Positions 37,687-46,490 of a DNA stretch of 64,000 nt are shown piece by piece; position 1 is the stretch's first letter; each line of letters begins with the position of its first letter. The translations under genes and the position numbers were made by a program. The notes beneath the pieces are model-generated. The model had not been told where the DNA came from. It made no database searches and saw nothing but the letters and a program-made list of their open reading frames with translations. Source of the stretch: an uncultured Pseudobdellovibrionaceae bacterium (GTDB taxonomy: Bacteria; Bdellovibrionota; FAC87; UBA2466); NCBI GenBank assembly GCA_964492125.1, contig CAZBJE010000001.1, positions 4,018-68,017 on the forward strand. Reading direction: 5' to 3'.

Positions 37687-38118
37687 TTATCTCCGCCCGA
37701 TATCCAGGGCTTTGTTCATCATGTTGCGAGTGGTGTTGATCACCGTCACATTCGCTTCAAAAGTCCGGCTGGCGGTGATGAGGTTAACCATCTCTTCCAT
37801 GGTGTTGATGTTGGGATAGGCCACATAACCTTCCGTATTCGCATCCGGGTGGTCGGGCTGATAAACCATCTTGGGAGGGTTTGGGTCCGAGATCACGTCC
37901 GCGACGCCCACTTTGTGCAAGGGGGCATTCATTTGCGAAGCCAGTTCGTCTGCGAAAGGCCGGGCCTCAAACACGGCGTCCTTCCGACGGTACGGACCAC
38001 CCTCGGGAGTGCGAGTAGTTTGGGCGTTGGCCAAGTTGCTCGAAGTAACGTTCATGCGCAAGCGTTCGGCAGAGAGTGCGGATGCGCTTACGTCTAAGGA
38101 GTCGAAGAAATCACTCAT
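37687..38118 (-). CDS. flgC: flagellar basal-body rod protein FlgC
   Basis: N-terminal rod motif ALSAERLRMNVTSSNLANAQTTR and C-terminal consensus. Confidence 0.85.
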   Translation of the reverse strand: MSDFFDSLDVSASALSAERLRMNVTSSNLANAQTTRTPEGGPYRRKDAVFEARPFADELASQMNAPLHKVGVADVISDPNPPKMVYQPDHPDANTEGYVAYPNINTMEEMVNLITASRTFEANVTVINTTRNMMNKALDIGRR

Positions 38119-38498
38119 CGATCACTGCCTCCTGAAATAGCGTATTTGAGCAAGGCAAACTTCTTAGAAATCATTTGGGTGGCGGCGCTGTACTGCACGT
38201 CGTTCTTGGTCATGCGCGCCATTTCTTTATCCATGTCGACCGTATTGAGATCCTGGCCCAATTCAGTGTCGGCATCCTGGCGAATCTGAGGGCGCACCGA
38301 TTCGATTTCCACTCCGGCCAATCCTTGTTCCTCGGAAGCTACGGCGCGTTGAAGTTCGGATTCGAAATTGACCTCGCGAGATTTATAGAAAGGCGTCTCC
38401 GCATTGGCGATGTTGTCCGCAATCACGTTGTGACGCGTGAGATACATATCCATCGACTTTTCGAGGGCTCGGGTTGAAGTATCGAAGAGTGAGCTCAT
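38115..38498 (-). CDS. flgB: flagellar basal-body rod protein FlgB
   Basis: Rod motif YLTRHNVIADNIANAETPFYK; 4-nt overlap with flgC. Confidence 0.85.
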   Translation of the reverse strand: MSSLFDTSTRALEKSMDMYLTRHNVIADNIANAETPFYKSREVNFESELQRAVASEEQGLAGVEIESVRPQIRQDADTELGQDLNTVDMDKEMARMTKNDVQYSAATQMISKKFALLKYAISGGSDR

Positions 38499-38542
38499 TT
38501 TTTCCCTAAAGTTATTCGAGGAAAGTGCCGATACATTTAATG

Positions 38543-38558
38543 CTGCAATCTAAGTACC
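38543..38558 (-). promoter_or_regulatory. sigma54 (RpoN) -24/-12 promoter match upstream of flgB
   Basis: Minus-strand sequence TTGGTAC-ttaga-TTGCA matches TGGCAC-N5-TTGCW with correct 10-nt GG-to-GC spacing; predicted leader about 33 nt before the flgB ATG; adjacent gene encodes a sigma54 activator. Confidence 0.5.
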
Positions 38559-38622
38559 AATGTTTCAGGCACGACGCACACGCGTCGCCCGGCAAAAAAC
38601 TCCACCAACCGGCAGAATTTTC

Positions 38623-39564
38623 CTACGCGGAGAACTCTTTCAACTTGTTGCGTAACGTCCGAACACTAATACCCAACTTCTTTGCTGCCTCAGTGCGGTT
38701 GCCGTCAGTAGTAGTGAGCGTTTGCAGAATATGCTTCTGCTCCACACCGGCCAGATCCACAGGGGCCGCCGTCGCGATCTCCGGCGTGTGCAAGGGACGC
38801 AAATCAAAGTGTTCGACACCCAGCTGGGGTCCATCACAAAGCAACAAAGCCCGTTCGACCGCATTTTGCAGTTCGCGTACATTGCCCGGCCATCCATAGC
38901 GTCGCAGTTTTTCCATGGCAGCTGGGGAAATACGCTTGGGTTCTAGCCCGCTTTCCTGGCAAGAGCGGTGCATGATATCGGTAGCCAACGCTTCCACGGC
39001 TTCGCTCCGGCCGCCCAGCGGAGCACAATCAATTCGAATCACATTCAGTCGATAGAATAAATCTGCGCGGAAAGATTCGCGTCGAATCAATTCAATTGGT
39101 TCCACGTTAGTGGTGGCAATAATGCGGGTGCGGATGGGTACCGGGTGGCTCCCGCCCAAGCGATCGATCTCGCCCTCTTGCAAGACCCGAAGCAATTTGG
39201 CCTGCAGGTGCACAGGCATTTCGCTCACTTCATCCAAAAGTAAAGTCCCGCCGCTCGCGCGCTCAAAGCGTCCAATGCGTTGGGCGACAGCCCCAGTGAA
39301 AGCACCGCGCTCATACCCAAACAACTCGGCTTCCATCAAACCTTCCGGAATCGCCGCGCAGTTAATCGAAACAAACTGACCGCGAGCACGTTCGCCCCGC
39401 TCGTGGATGTAGCGGGCGATAAGCTCTTTACCGGTGCCGCTCGGCCCTACGATCAAAACCGGCATGGTGGACTGGGCAGCGCGGGAGGCCAGATCCAGCG
39501 TCTGTTCCATCAATGCATCGGCCACAACCATGGATCGGTTTCGAAATTCGATGGTTTTGATCAT
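38623..39564 (-). CDS. sigma54-dependent transcriptional activator lacking an N-terminal regulatory domain (AAA+ core plus Fis-type HTH)
   Basis: 313 aa beginning directly with the AAA+ sigma54-interaction domain (Walker A GPSGTGKE, GAFTGA loop ELFGYERGAFTGA, Walker B LLLDEV, GWPGNVREL); C-terminal HTH (EAAKKLGISVRTLRNKLKEF); no receiver/GAF/PAS domain. Confidence 0.8.
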   Translation of the reverse strand: MIKTIEFRNRSMVVADALMEQTLDLASRAAQSTMPVLIVGPSGTGKELIARYIHERGERARGQFVSINCAAIPEGLMEAELFGYERGAFTGAVAQRIGRFERASGGTLLLDEVSEMPVHLQAKLLRVLQEGEIDRLGGSHPVPIRTRIIATTNVEPIELIRRESFRADLFYRLNVIRIDCAPLGGRSEAVEALATDIMHRSCQESGLEPKRISPAAMEKLRRYGWPGNVRELQNAVERALLLCDGPQLGVEHFDLRPLHTPEIATAAPVDLAGVEQKHILQTLTTTDGNRTEAAKKLGISVRTLRNKLKEFSA

Positions 39565-39588
39565 GGGCTTCCTTTGACTGAAATCGGA

Positions 39589-41907
39589 TCAGGGGGCTAA
39601 CAGCTTCATTTCACTCTGGGCCAAAGGGCTCCAGAAACTATCTTTCAACTGCACAGCCTTGCTCCATTCCTGGCGGGCGGCTTCGGGCTTTTTCTCGGCC
39701 AGCCAGCACTTGCCTAGGCGAAAGTGCGAACCTGCCGCTTGCGGGGCATCGGGCGTCATCTTGAATGCGTTCTCAAAAAGTGGGATGGCCTGCTTGCACT
39801 GGCGGCTTTCATACAGCGCGCGCGCGGCCAAATGATAGTAGGGCCCCAGATCCTTGGGCTCAGAGAATGTGGCGCGTGCGGTTTGAAGCAACTCCCCGCC
39901 CATATTCCAAACCTTCATGGTGTCGACGATCTCACTCATCTCAGCCACTAATTTTTTCTGGGTGGCGGCATCGGCGCCGGTCAGCCGACGCTTGACCAAG
40001 TTAAAGGCACGCGGGCCGTCACCGAGCGCTTTAGCCAGTTCGATGCGCTCGAGCAAGATGGAGCTATTCCATTTCGGGTCATCCAACGTCTGAAGGAGTC
40101 CCTGCGCCGACTTAGCATCCCCACTCAAACGCAAGCCTTGTGCAGTGGCCAAGCGATACAGAGTGACTTGATCGCTAGGCAATGCACCCACTTGCGAAGC
40201 AGGTTCACGGGCATCGCGTGAGCCTTTGGCTTGCAAAAGCGTTTCCGCAAACCAACCTAGAATCGCGTATTCCGGCGCCACGACCGAGTCTAAAATGCTG
40301 CGCGATTGCCCCACTTTGAGCACGAGGGGACTATCGGCTCCGCCCAAGTAAAGTGCGCGCAAAGTGTGGTAGCCGATCTTCAAACGTACCGCTTTAGGGG
40401 GACCTTGTGGCGACCAAAGGGGAGAAGCTTGCCAACGATGCAAAAGTTCCAAGCCGGCGTCCAGCTCGCCTTTGTCGACGAGCGCGGCGTAGCTATCTCC
40501 GGCGATCTTGGCGTAAAATTCGACTGCCCAAGTAGCCGAGGGCGTCCCTTTGAGCCAATCGGAATAGACGGACTCGATGGCTTTCTCGATCGCTGGCGAA
40601 TCCAACTCGGCGAGCTTTCCAGCTTCCAAAAGCCCAATCAACTTGTGCCGAATGAAGTCGCCCGTTTTACCTTTATCAATCACGAATCGGGTTTTACCGC
40701 GCAGGTTGTTGAGGTAGTTCACTGCTTCGATTTTGCCTAAATCCAAGAGCGTTAAGCCCTTTTCGACGTAGATGCGGGACCGGAGATCTTCGTTGCCGAT
40801 GGAGTCGACTTCCGCATCCACTAGGCGAATGCGGCGATCGAGTTCACCGCCCGGCTTCAACTGAGGGTCGGTGAGCAAGCCATGGGCATAGGCGAAGCGA
40901 CCCATATCGGTTTTGGGAAACTTGTCGTATACCGCCAAATAGCGGCCCGTGACTTTGCCTGGCTTGTCGCCCATGCGGGCCGCCAGATCCGCTTGGCGTT
41001 TAGCAACGTAAGGCATGCAGTCAGACTGACTGCGCTCCGTGGTCGTGTAGCGGTCGAAGAAGTAACCTGCTTCTTTCCACTTTCCAGCGCGATAAAGCAA
41101 TTCACCTAAATTCGCCAGAGTCGGTTGGTAAAAACGCTCGATAAACGGGCTTTCGTCGGCCACCAGTTTCTCATAGCCCTCTACGACACCACTTTTGCCT
41201 TGCTGCCATTTCAAGTCGACTTTGCGAATGAGCGCCGCCGCTCGTAGGCGGAAGTTTACACACGTGGCCATCACGCGATCGTACGCCGCCTCGGCGACAT
41301 CCCATTTGCGCAGCAGAAACTGAGTTTCCGCCACCCCCATCAGGAAGGTGCAATACAACGGATCTTGGGTAAACGTGTTCACTCCGGTCTCGTAGATCGC
41401 CAGACTTCGTTGGTAGTTGCCCGTGCGAAGCCAATGGGCTCCGGCGGTGGCTGTGAGCACGGGGGCGAAATCGGATTTGGGGTACAGCAACAACGCGCCC
41501 CTTAGCTTGCGCTCAGCCCGACGGCCATCTTCGTCTTCCACACCCGTGGTGTCTTGGTCGAAAAGCGATTGGACTTCTAAGAAAGTTACCGCCTCCCGAA
41601 GGGGGCTGGATTCAAAGGTGGTGCGGAACGTGGTGATACCGTGTTCCAACTCAGACCATTTTCGATCGCGGAACAGGCGGATCAGCTGGTTGTACTCACG
41701 CTTACCGGCAACGTCGTTCGCTACTTCAAAAAAACTTTCTTTCCCAATCCCCAACGCAATAGGGCGCTCGCAGACCGGGTGGTCCAGATCAAAGTCTTCC
41801 CAGCTGCTAAATTCCCGCGCCGCGTAAGCGACTTTTGGAACCAGCAAAAGCAAGGGGAGTAAAATGCGGGCAGAGGTAGGGTAAGGCACCAACGTATTAC
41901 ATAGCAA
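39589..41907 (-). CDS. large secreted TPR-repeat protein (772 aa)
   Basis: Signal peptide; multiple TPR-like helical repeats (e.g. ...AWLRTGNYQRSLAIYE..., ...YRAGKWKEAGYFFD...); 24-bp gap to the sigma54 activator gene. Confidence 0.5.
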   Translation of the reverse strand: MLCNTLVPYPTSARILLPLLLLVPKVAYAAREFSSWEDFDLDHPVCERPIALGIGKESFFEVANDVAGKREYNQLIRLFRDRKWSELEHGITTFRTTFESSPLREAVTFLEVQSLFDQDTTGVEDEDGRRAERKLRGALLLYPKSDFAPVLTATAGAHWLRTGNYQRSLAIYETGVNTFTQDPLYCTFLMGVAETQFLLRKWDVAEAAYDRVMATCVNFRLRAAALIRKVDLKWQQGKSGVVEGYEKLVADESPFIERFYQPTLANLGELLYRAGKWKEAGYFFDRYTTTERSQSDCMPYVAKRQADLAARMGDKPGKVTGRYLAVYDKFPKTDMGRFAYAHGLLTDPQLKPGGELDRRIRLVDAEVDSIGNEDLRSRIYVEKGLTLLDLGKIEAVNYLNNLRGKTRFVIDKGKTGDFIRHKLIGLLEAGKLAELDSPAIEKAIESVYSDWLKGTPSATWAVEFYAKIAGDSYAALVDKGELDAGLELLHRWQASPLWSPQGPPKAVRLKIGYHTLRALYLGGADSPLVLKVGQSRSILDSVVAPEYAILGWFAETLLQAKGSRDAREPASQVGALPSDQVTLYRLATAQGLRLSGDAKSAQGLLQTLDDPKWNSSILLERIELAKALGDGPRAFNLVKRRLTGADAATQKKLVAEMSEIVDTMKVWNMGGELLQTARATFSEPKDLGPYYHLAARALYESRQCKQAIPLFENAFKMTPDAPQAAGSHFRLGKCWLAEKKPEAARQEWSKAVQLKDSFWSPLAQSEMKLLAP

Positions 41908-42120
41908 AGGGCGTGCCGAACGGGTCCTGCCCGGGCCCTGCTAATCGAAGAGCTTCTTTCGTTTCTTTCCTGTCAGGGCGTCAAGGTTTTGTCGACAGAA
42001 ACGCCGCGCCGCGATAAAAACACTCCCGGCGCATTGAACTTTTGCTGCGGTGCTTCTGGAATTTCCTAACAGTTCTACCGATAAGCACAGGGAATGGGAC
42101 CCTTTTATCATCAAGTGACT

Positions 42121-42615
42121 ATGCAAACTGCCCTGCGTTGGATTCTGTCGTCGGTATTTGCGATCTGCCTGGGCGCTTGCGCCATCGTGGGCGGCGGTAC
42201 GGATTTGGAGCACGCCTCTGGTTATTCCGTCACGCCGCCAGCAGACTGGAAAACCCAAGGACGTGGCGACGGCGACCGCGCCTATAAACTGCCCTCCGGT
42301 AATGTGGTGAGCTTAGTAAGCAGTTGCAACCGCAACCCCGACGCGCCATTGGATGTGCTGACCCGCCATCTTTTAATGGGCACCCGCAACGTAACCGTTT
42401 CGGCCAGGGAGAAGAAAACGTTCGGCGCCAACGAAGGGCTCTATTCCAAGGTGGTCACCCGGTTAGAGGGTAAGCCCTTCCATTTGGATTTGTTTGTTTT
42501 GGCCAAAGAGAAATGCGTTTTCGATTTTTCTTTGATTAGTCCTAAGCCCATTGGCGAAACCGATTCCAAGGCATTTAAGGAATTCATCGAAAGCTTCCAC
42601 TATGGAAAAAACTAA
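42121..42615 (+). CDS. hypothetical lipoprotein upstream of mlaE
   Basis: Lipobox ICLGAC after hydrophobic signal; start chosen at internal ATG 42121. Confidence 0.4.
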   Translation: MQTALRWILSSVFAICLGACAIVGGGTDLEHASGYSVTPPADWKTQGRGDGDRAYKLPSGNVVSLVSSCNRNPDAPLDVLTRHLLMGTRNVTVSAREKKTFGANEGLYSKVVTRLEGKPFHLDLFVLAKEKCVFDFSLISPKPIGETDSKAFKEFIESFHYGKN

Positions 42616-43414
42616 GGAACTGCTGCACCATACGAGCCGTCGCTCGCTCAACGCATTCCTGGGATTCATTTCCGCCTTGGGAGGCGGGGTGAACCTGCTT
42701 TATTCGACCGCCTATGCGCTGTTTCGCCCCCCGTTTTACTTCCGGTTGTTCACTGAGCAACTGTACCAGCTCGGCTTCAAGTCGCTTTCGCTCACTCTGA
42801 TCACCGCCCTTTCCACCGGTATGGTGATGACTTTGCAGTTCGGCTTGGGCCTCGAACGTTTTGGCGGCAAGCTTTATGTTCCTAAGATTGTCGGTCTCTC
42901 CATTTTGCGCGAGTTGGGCCCCATTCTCACTTGCTTGATGTTAGCGGGCCGAGTGGGCTCGGGAGTCGCTGCGGAAATCGGCTCGATGAAAGTGACCCAG
43001 CAGATTGACGCCATCCGCGCTCTCGGAACCGACCCCATCAAACGCATTGTGGTGCCGCGGGTGCTCGCAATGGTGCTGATCGCCCCCATGCTTACCCTCT
43101 TTGCCGACATTGTCGGAATTGTGGGCGGGATCTTCATCGCATATGTGGAATTGAACATCGACCCCACTTTCTACTTCCATGAAGCTTTGGTGGGATTGCG
43201 GCCCATCGATTTTGTGGTGGGTATCAGCAAAACCGTTTTGTTCGGACTTACCATCGGCGTGACCGGTTGTTACTACGGTCTTTCCACGGAAGGCGGCACT
43301 CAAGGTGTGGGACAAGCGACCACCCGCTCCGTGGTAACCGCTTCGATCTTGATTGTGGTCCAAGATTTCATTCTGACCAAGGTTTGGTGGCTATACGAGC
43401 GAGGCATGCAATGA
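42602..43414 (+). CDS. mlaE: phospholipid ABC transporter permease MlaE (YrbE family)
   Basis: MlaE/YrbE permease conserved core (ILRELGPILTCLMLAGRVGSGVAAEIGSMKVTQQIDA); start at ATG 42602. Confidence 0.8.
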   Translation: MEKTKELLHHTSRRSLNAFLGFISALGGGVNLLYSTAYALFRPPFYFRLFTEQLYQLGFKSLSLTLITALSTGMVMTLQFGLGLERFGGKLYVPKIVGLSILRELGPILTCLMLAGRVGSGVAAEIGSMKVTQQIDAIRALGTDPIKRIVVPRVLAMVLIAPMLTLFADIVGIVGGIFIAYVELNIDPTFYFHEALVGLRPIDFVVGISKTVLFGLTIGVTGCYYGLSTEGGTQGVGQATTRSVVTASILIVVQDFILTKVWWLYERGMQ

Positions 43415-44166
43415 GAGAGATGCCCGAAAAGGACGAACCCCTCATCGAGGTCCGGGATCTGTACAAAAATTTCCAGGGCAAGCAGGTGCATTCCGGGGTC
43501 AATCTCAAGATCTATAAGGGTGAAATTTTGACCCTCATGGGCGGGAGCGGATCAGGCAAAAGCGTGCTACTGCGTTGCTTGATTGGTCTCGAGCGCCCCG
43601 ACAAAGGACAGATTATTTTCCGGGGTCAGGACATCACTCAGCTAGACGAAGAAGCCCTAGTGGATGTGCGCAAGCAGATTGCCTACGTCTTTCAGTATGG
43701 GGCTCTTTTCGACAGCCTCACGATTGGCGAGAATCTGAGCTACCCGCTCCGCGAGCACACGACGCTCACGGAAAAAGCGATGGAGAAGAAAGTAAAGGAA
43801 TCGCTCGGTCAAGTGGGGCTCGATGGCAGCCAAGCGCTCTTCCCCGGCGATTTAAGCGGTGGGATGCAGCGCCGGGTCGGCGTGGCCCGGGGAATCATTA
43901 TGGGTCCCGAGGTGATTTTGTACGATGAACCTACTACCGGCTTGGATCCTTACAATACCCGCCAAATTTTGAAGATTATTGTGGAACTGAAAAAGAAAGG
44001 CGCCACTTCCGTGCTGGTTACGCACGACATGTCGTCGATCTTCACGGTTACCGATCGAGTCGCGTTCTTGAAAGATGGCAAGATCCGGGCGTTGGGTACG
44101 GCCCAGGAAATCAAGGACTCCTCCGATCGGGACTTGCACGGCTTTATTCACGGAGAAACGATGTAA
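43411..44166 (+). CDS. mlaF: phospholipid ABC transporter ATP-binding protein MlaF
   Basis: Walker A GGSGSGKS, ABC signature LSGGMQRR, Walker B ILYDEPT; ATG 43411 overlaps mlaE stop (ATGA). Confidence 0.85.
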   Translation: MREMPEKDEPLIEVRDLYKNFQGKQVHSGVNLKIYKGEILTLMGGSGSGKSVLLRCLIGLERPDKGQIIFRGQDITQLDEEALVDVRKQIAYVFQYGALFDSLTIGENLSYPLREHTTLTEKAMEKKVKESLGQVGLDGSQALFPGDLSGGMQRRVGVARGIIMGPEVILYDEPTTGLDPYNTRQILKIIVELKKKGATSVLVTHDMSSIFTVTDRVAFLKDGKIRALGTAQEIKDSSDRDLHGFIHGETM

Positions 44167-44930
44167 TGGATAAAAAAATCGCCAACAACATCATCGTCGG
44201 CATCATGGTGGCGCTGGGCTTTGTGGCTTTCGTTTTCGTCTTGTTTAACATAGGCGGCGGCGGGGTTCTTCAATCTCAGTTCACGCTGTATGCGACTTTT
44301 ACTCACGTGAAAGGCCTGCATATGGGCTCCGAAGTTTCCTTGGCTGGCTTGCGAATCGGGGTGGTGAAGAAGATCACGGTGGCCAACGACAAGAACAAAG
44401 ATTTGATCGTGGAATTATCGCTGGCCCGCACGGCGCAAGAATATATTCGTAAAGACTCGGTCGCCGAAATCCGTACGGCCGGGGTGTTGGGTGACAAATA
44501 CATTGAAATCAGCTTTGGATCCACGGATTCACCGGTCCTCAAACACGGCGACGCTATTACCTCGTTGGAAGCCGAGGATATGTTTTCTCAAGGCGGCAAG
44601 CTAATGGGGGGGCTATCCAAAAAGTTCTCCGACGGCGGCGATTTCGACAGCATGATGCGCAACCTGAACACGGTGGCAAAGAATTTGGCCACGATTACCA
44701 CCGAATTCCGGCAGGAAAAGAGTGCGGAGAAAATGGGCAAGGCGGTTTCGTCTCTGCAAGCCATTCTAGCCAAGGTAGAAAAAGGCGAAGGTACTCTGGG
44801 TGGGTTGATTACGGATCCGACGGTTTACGAGGATTTGAAGTCGATCACGGGCGGCGCGAAGCGTAGCGCTATTTTGCAGTATTTCATGAAACAGTTCATC
44901 AGCGACGGCAAAAAGGCCCAGCCAGAGTAG
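44166..44930 (+). CDS. mlaD: MCE-domain protein MlaD
   Basis: N-terminal TM anchor then MCE domain (GLHMGSEVSLAGLRIGVVKKI); directly follows mlaF. Confidence 0.75.
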   Translation: MDKKIANNIIVGIMVALGFVAFVFVLFNIGGGGVLQSQFTLYATFTHVKGLHMGSEVSLAGLRIGVVKKITVANDKNKDLIVELSLARTAQEYIRKDSVAEIRTAGVLGDKYIEISFGSTDSPVLKHGDAITSLEAEDMFSQGGKLMGGLSKKFSDGGDFDSMMRNLNTVAKNLATITTEFRQEKSAEKMGKAVSSLQAILAKVEKGEGTLGGLITDPTVYEDLKSITGGAKRSAILQYFMKQFISDGKKAQPE

Positions 44931-44951
44931 TCGCGGATCCCGCTCCAACCT

Positions 44952-46313
44952 CTAGTTGGTAATCCGCAAACCTTTGCGCTTGAGCTTTTCAACCAAGGTC
45001 GTCCGGTTCAAATTCAGTAGGGTCGCGGCTTTGTTCTTATTCCCCTCGGTCTTCTGCAGGGCCTGCAAAATCAGCTCGTTCTCAAACTCATTCACCGCAT
45101 CGTTAAAATCCAATCCATCATCGGGCAATGCGACACTCGCCACGAAACGGTCCAGGCGCACATTGGCAAAGTAGGCCGACGGGAAGTCCTTCAATTCAAT
45201 CACGCCGTTGTCGCGCTTGAGCACCAAAACCCGTTCCATCAGGTTTTCCAACTCCCGCACATTGCCGGGCCAGTGGTACTGCATGAGCGTCTTCATGGCA
45301 TCTTCGGAAATGCCCCGCATAGGTTTGTTCTGCAAGTCGGCAAACCGACGCAAGAAACTGGAAACCAGCAGCGGAATATCGGATTTTCTCTGGCGCAAGG
45401 GCGGCAGGAAAACCGGGATTACGTTGAGGCGATAGTAGAGATCCTGGCGAAACTTTTTCTCGCTGACCGCAACTTCAAGGTCCTGATTGGTGGCCGCAAT
45501 AATGCGAGCATCCAACGTTTGGCTATGGGCGCTACCGACCGGATCGAATTCGCGCATTTGGATCGCACGCAGCAGTTTGGCCTGAAGATCGAACGGCAAA
45601 TCGCTAATTTCGTCGAGAAAGAGCGTGCCGTTGCCGGCCAGCTGAAAACGGCCCAGCCGGTTTTGCACGGCGCCGGTGAAGGCCCCTTTCACGTGACCAA
45701 AAAGTTCACTCTCCAGCAAACTAGGCGGAATCGCGCCACAGTTGATCGCAACCCAAGGATTTTTACGCCTTTGGCTTACGTCGTGGAGCGAACGCGCCAC
45801 CACTTCCTTACCCGTTCCGCTTTCCCCGGTGATGAGGATGGTGGAATCCGTGTCTTTGATACTCAATATCAATCGGAAAATTTCCCGCATCCGCGGATGC
45901 CGGCCCACGAAATGGGGAAACGGAGAGTCCGCCATATCGTCGTCATCGGCTTCGGGACAAGTTTGGGCAAGCAATTGGGCCACGCGGGGGCCAAGCGAAC
46001 TAGCATCCGCGTCGTGCACCCAGAAATCGGAGGCGCCGGAACGGATCGCGGCGACGATCAGCGCGGGATGGCCCACCGAACTGGTGGCAATAATGCCGGA
46101 CCAAGGGCGAAGGTTTTTTAAGGTCTGAAGGTGAGAGACATCGGCGTCATTCTCCACGGACCAAAGGCAAACGTGGAAAAGCTGCTTTTTAACCAACGCC
46201 AAAGCATCCTCGGCATTGGAAGAGGCAACAACCCAATAGTGCTTCTTTTCAAGCAACTCTTTGTACGCATTGCAGCGGACAGAGTCCGGCTCGAAGATTA
46301 GAACACGATTCAT
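44952..46313 (-). CDS. sigma54-dependent regulator with atypical (possibly non-phosphorylatable, FleQ-like) receiver domain
   Basis: N-terminal REC-like fold but no Asp at the canonical acceptor position (HVCLWSV); AAA+ sigma54 domain (GESGTGKE, GAFTGA, GNVREL) and C-terminal HTH. Confidence 0.75.
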   Translation of the reverse strand: MNRVLIFEPDSVRCNAYKELLEKKHYWVVASSNAEDALALVKKQLFHVCLWSVENDADVSHLQTLKNLRPWSGIIATSSVGHPALIVAAIRSGASDFWVHDADASSLGPRVAQLLAQTCPEADDDDMADSPFPHFVGRHPRMREIFRLILSIKDTDSTILITGESGTGKEVVARSLHDVSQRRKNPWVAINCGAIPPSLLESELFGHVKGAFTGAVQNRLGRFQLAGNGTLFLDEISDLPFDLQAKLLRAIQMREFDPVGSAHSQTLDARIIAATNQDLEVAVSEKKFRQDLYYRLNVIPVFLPPLRQRKSDIPLLVSSFLRRFADLQNKPMRGISEDAMKTLMQYHWPGNVRELENLMERVLVLKRDNGVIELKDFPSAYFANVRLDRFVASVALPDDGLDFNDAVNEFENELILQALQKTEGNKNKAATLLNLNRTTLVEKLKRKGLRITN

Positions 46314-46415
46314 CCCGCTCCCCAGACTCGAGGTCGTTTACCCTGTACTGATTTTGAATTTAAATTGTAATGAAGGAACGCTTACCCTTTCAGAATAAGG
46401 CTCACAGGAAAAAAT

Positions 46416-46429
46416 GTCAATTAATTGAC
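46416..46429. promoter_or_regulatory. perfect 14-bp palindrome GTCAATTAATTGAC in divergent promoter region
   Basis: Read directly, in AT-rich region between the sigma54 regulator gene and thiL; a second short palindrome AATTTAAATT lies at about 46346-46355. Confidence 0.3.
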
Positions 46430-46490
46430 CCTAATCTCCGACGATAAAACGAAGGGCTCTCTTATTTGAAATGATAAACTGGGCGTACCG

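Noticed and set aside
46314-46490. Possible TPP riboswitch upstream of thiL
   Set aside because: No CUGAGA / ACCUGAUCUGGAUAAUGCCAGCG-like conserved elements visible; the region is an AT-rich divergent promoter instead.
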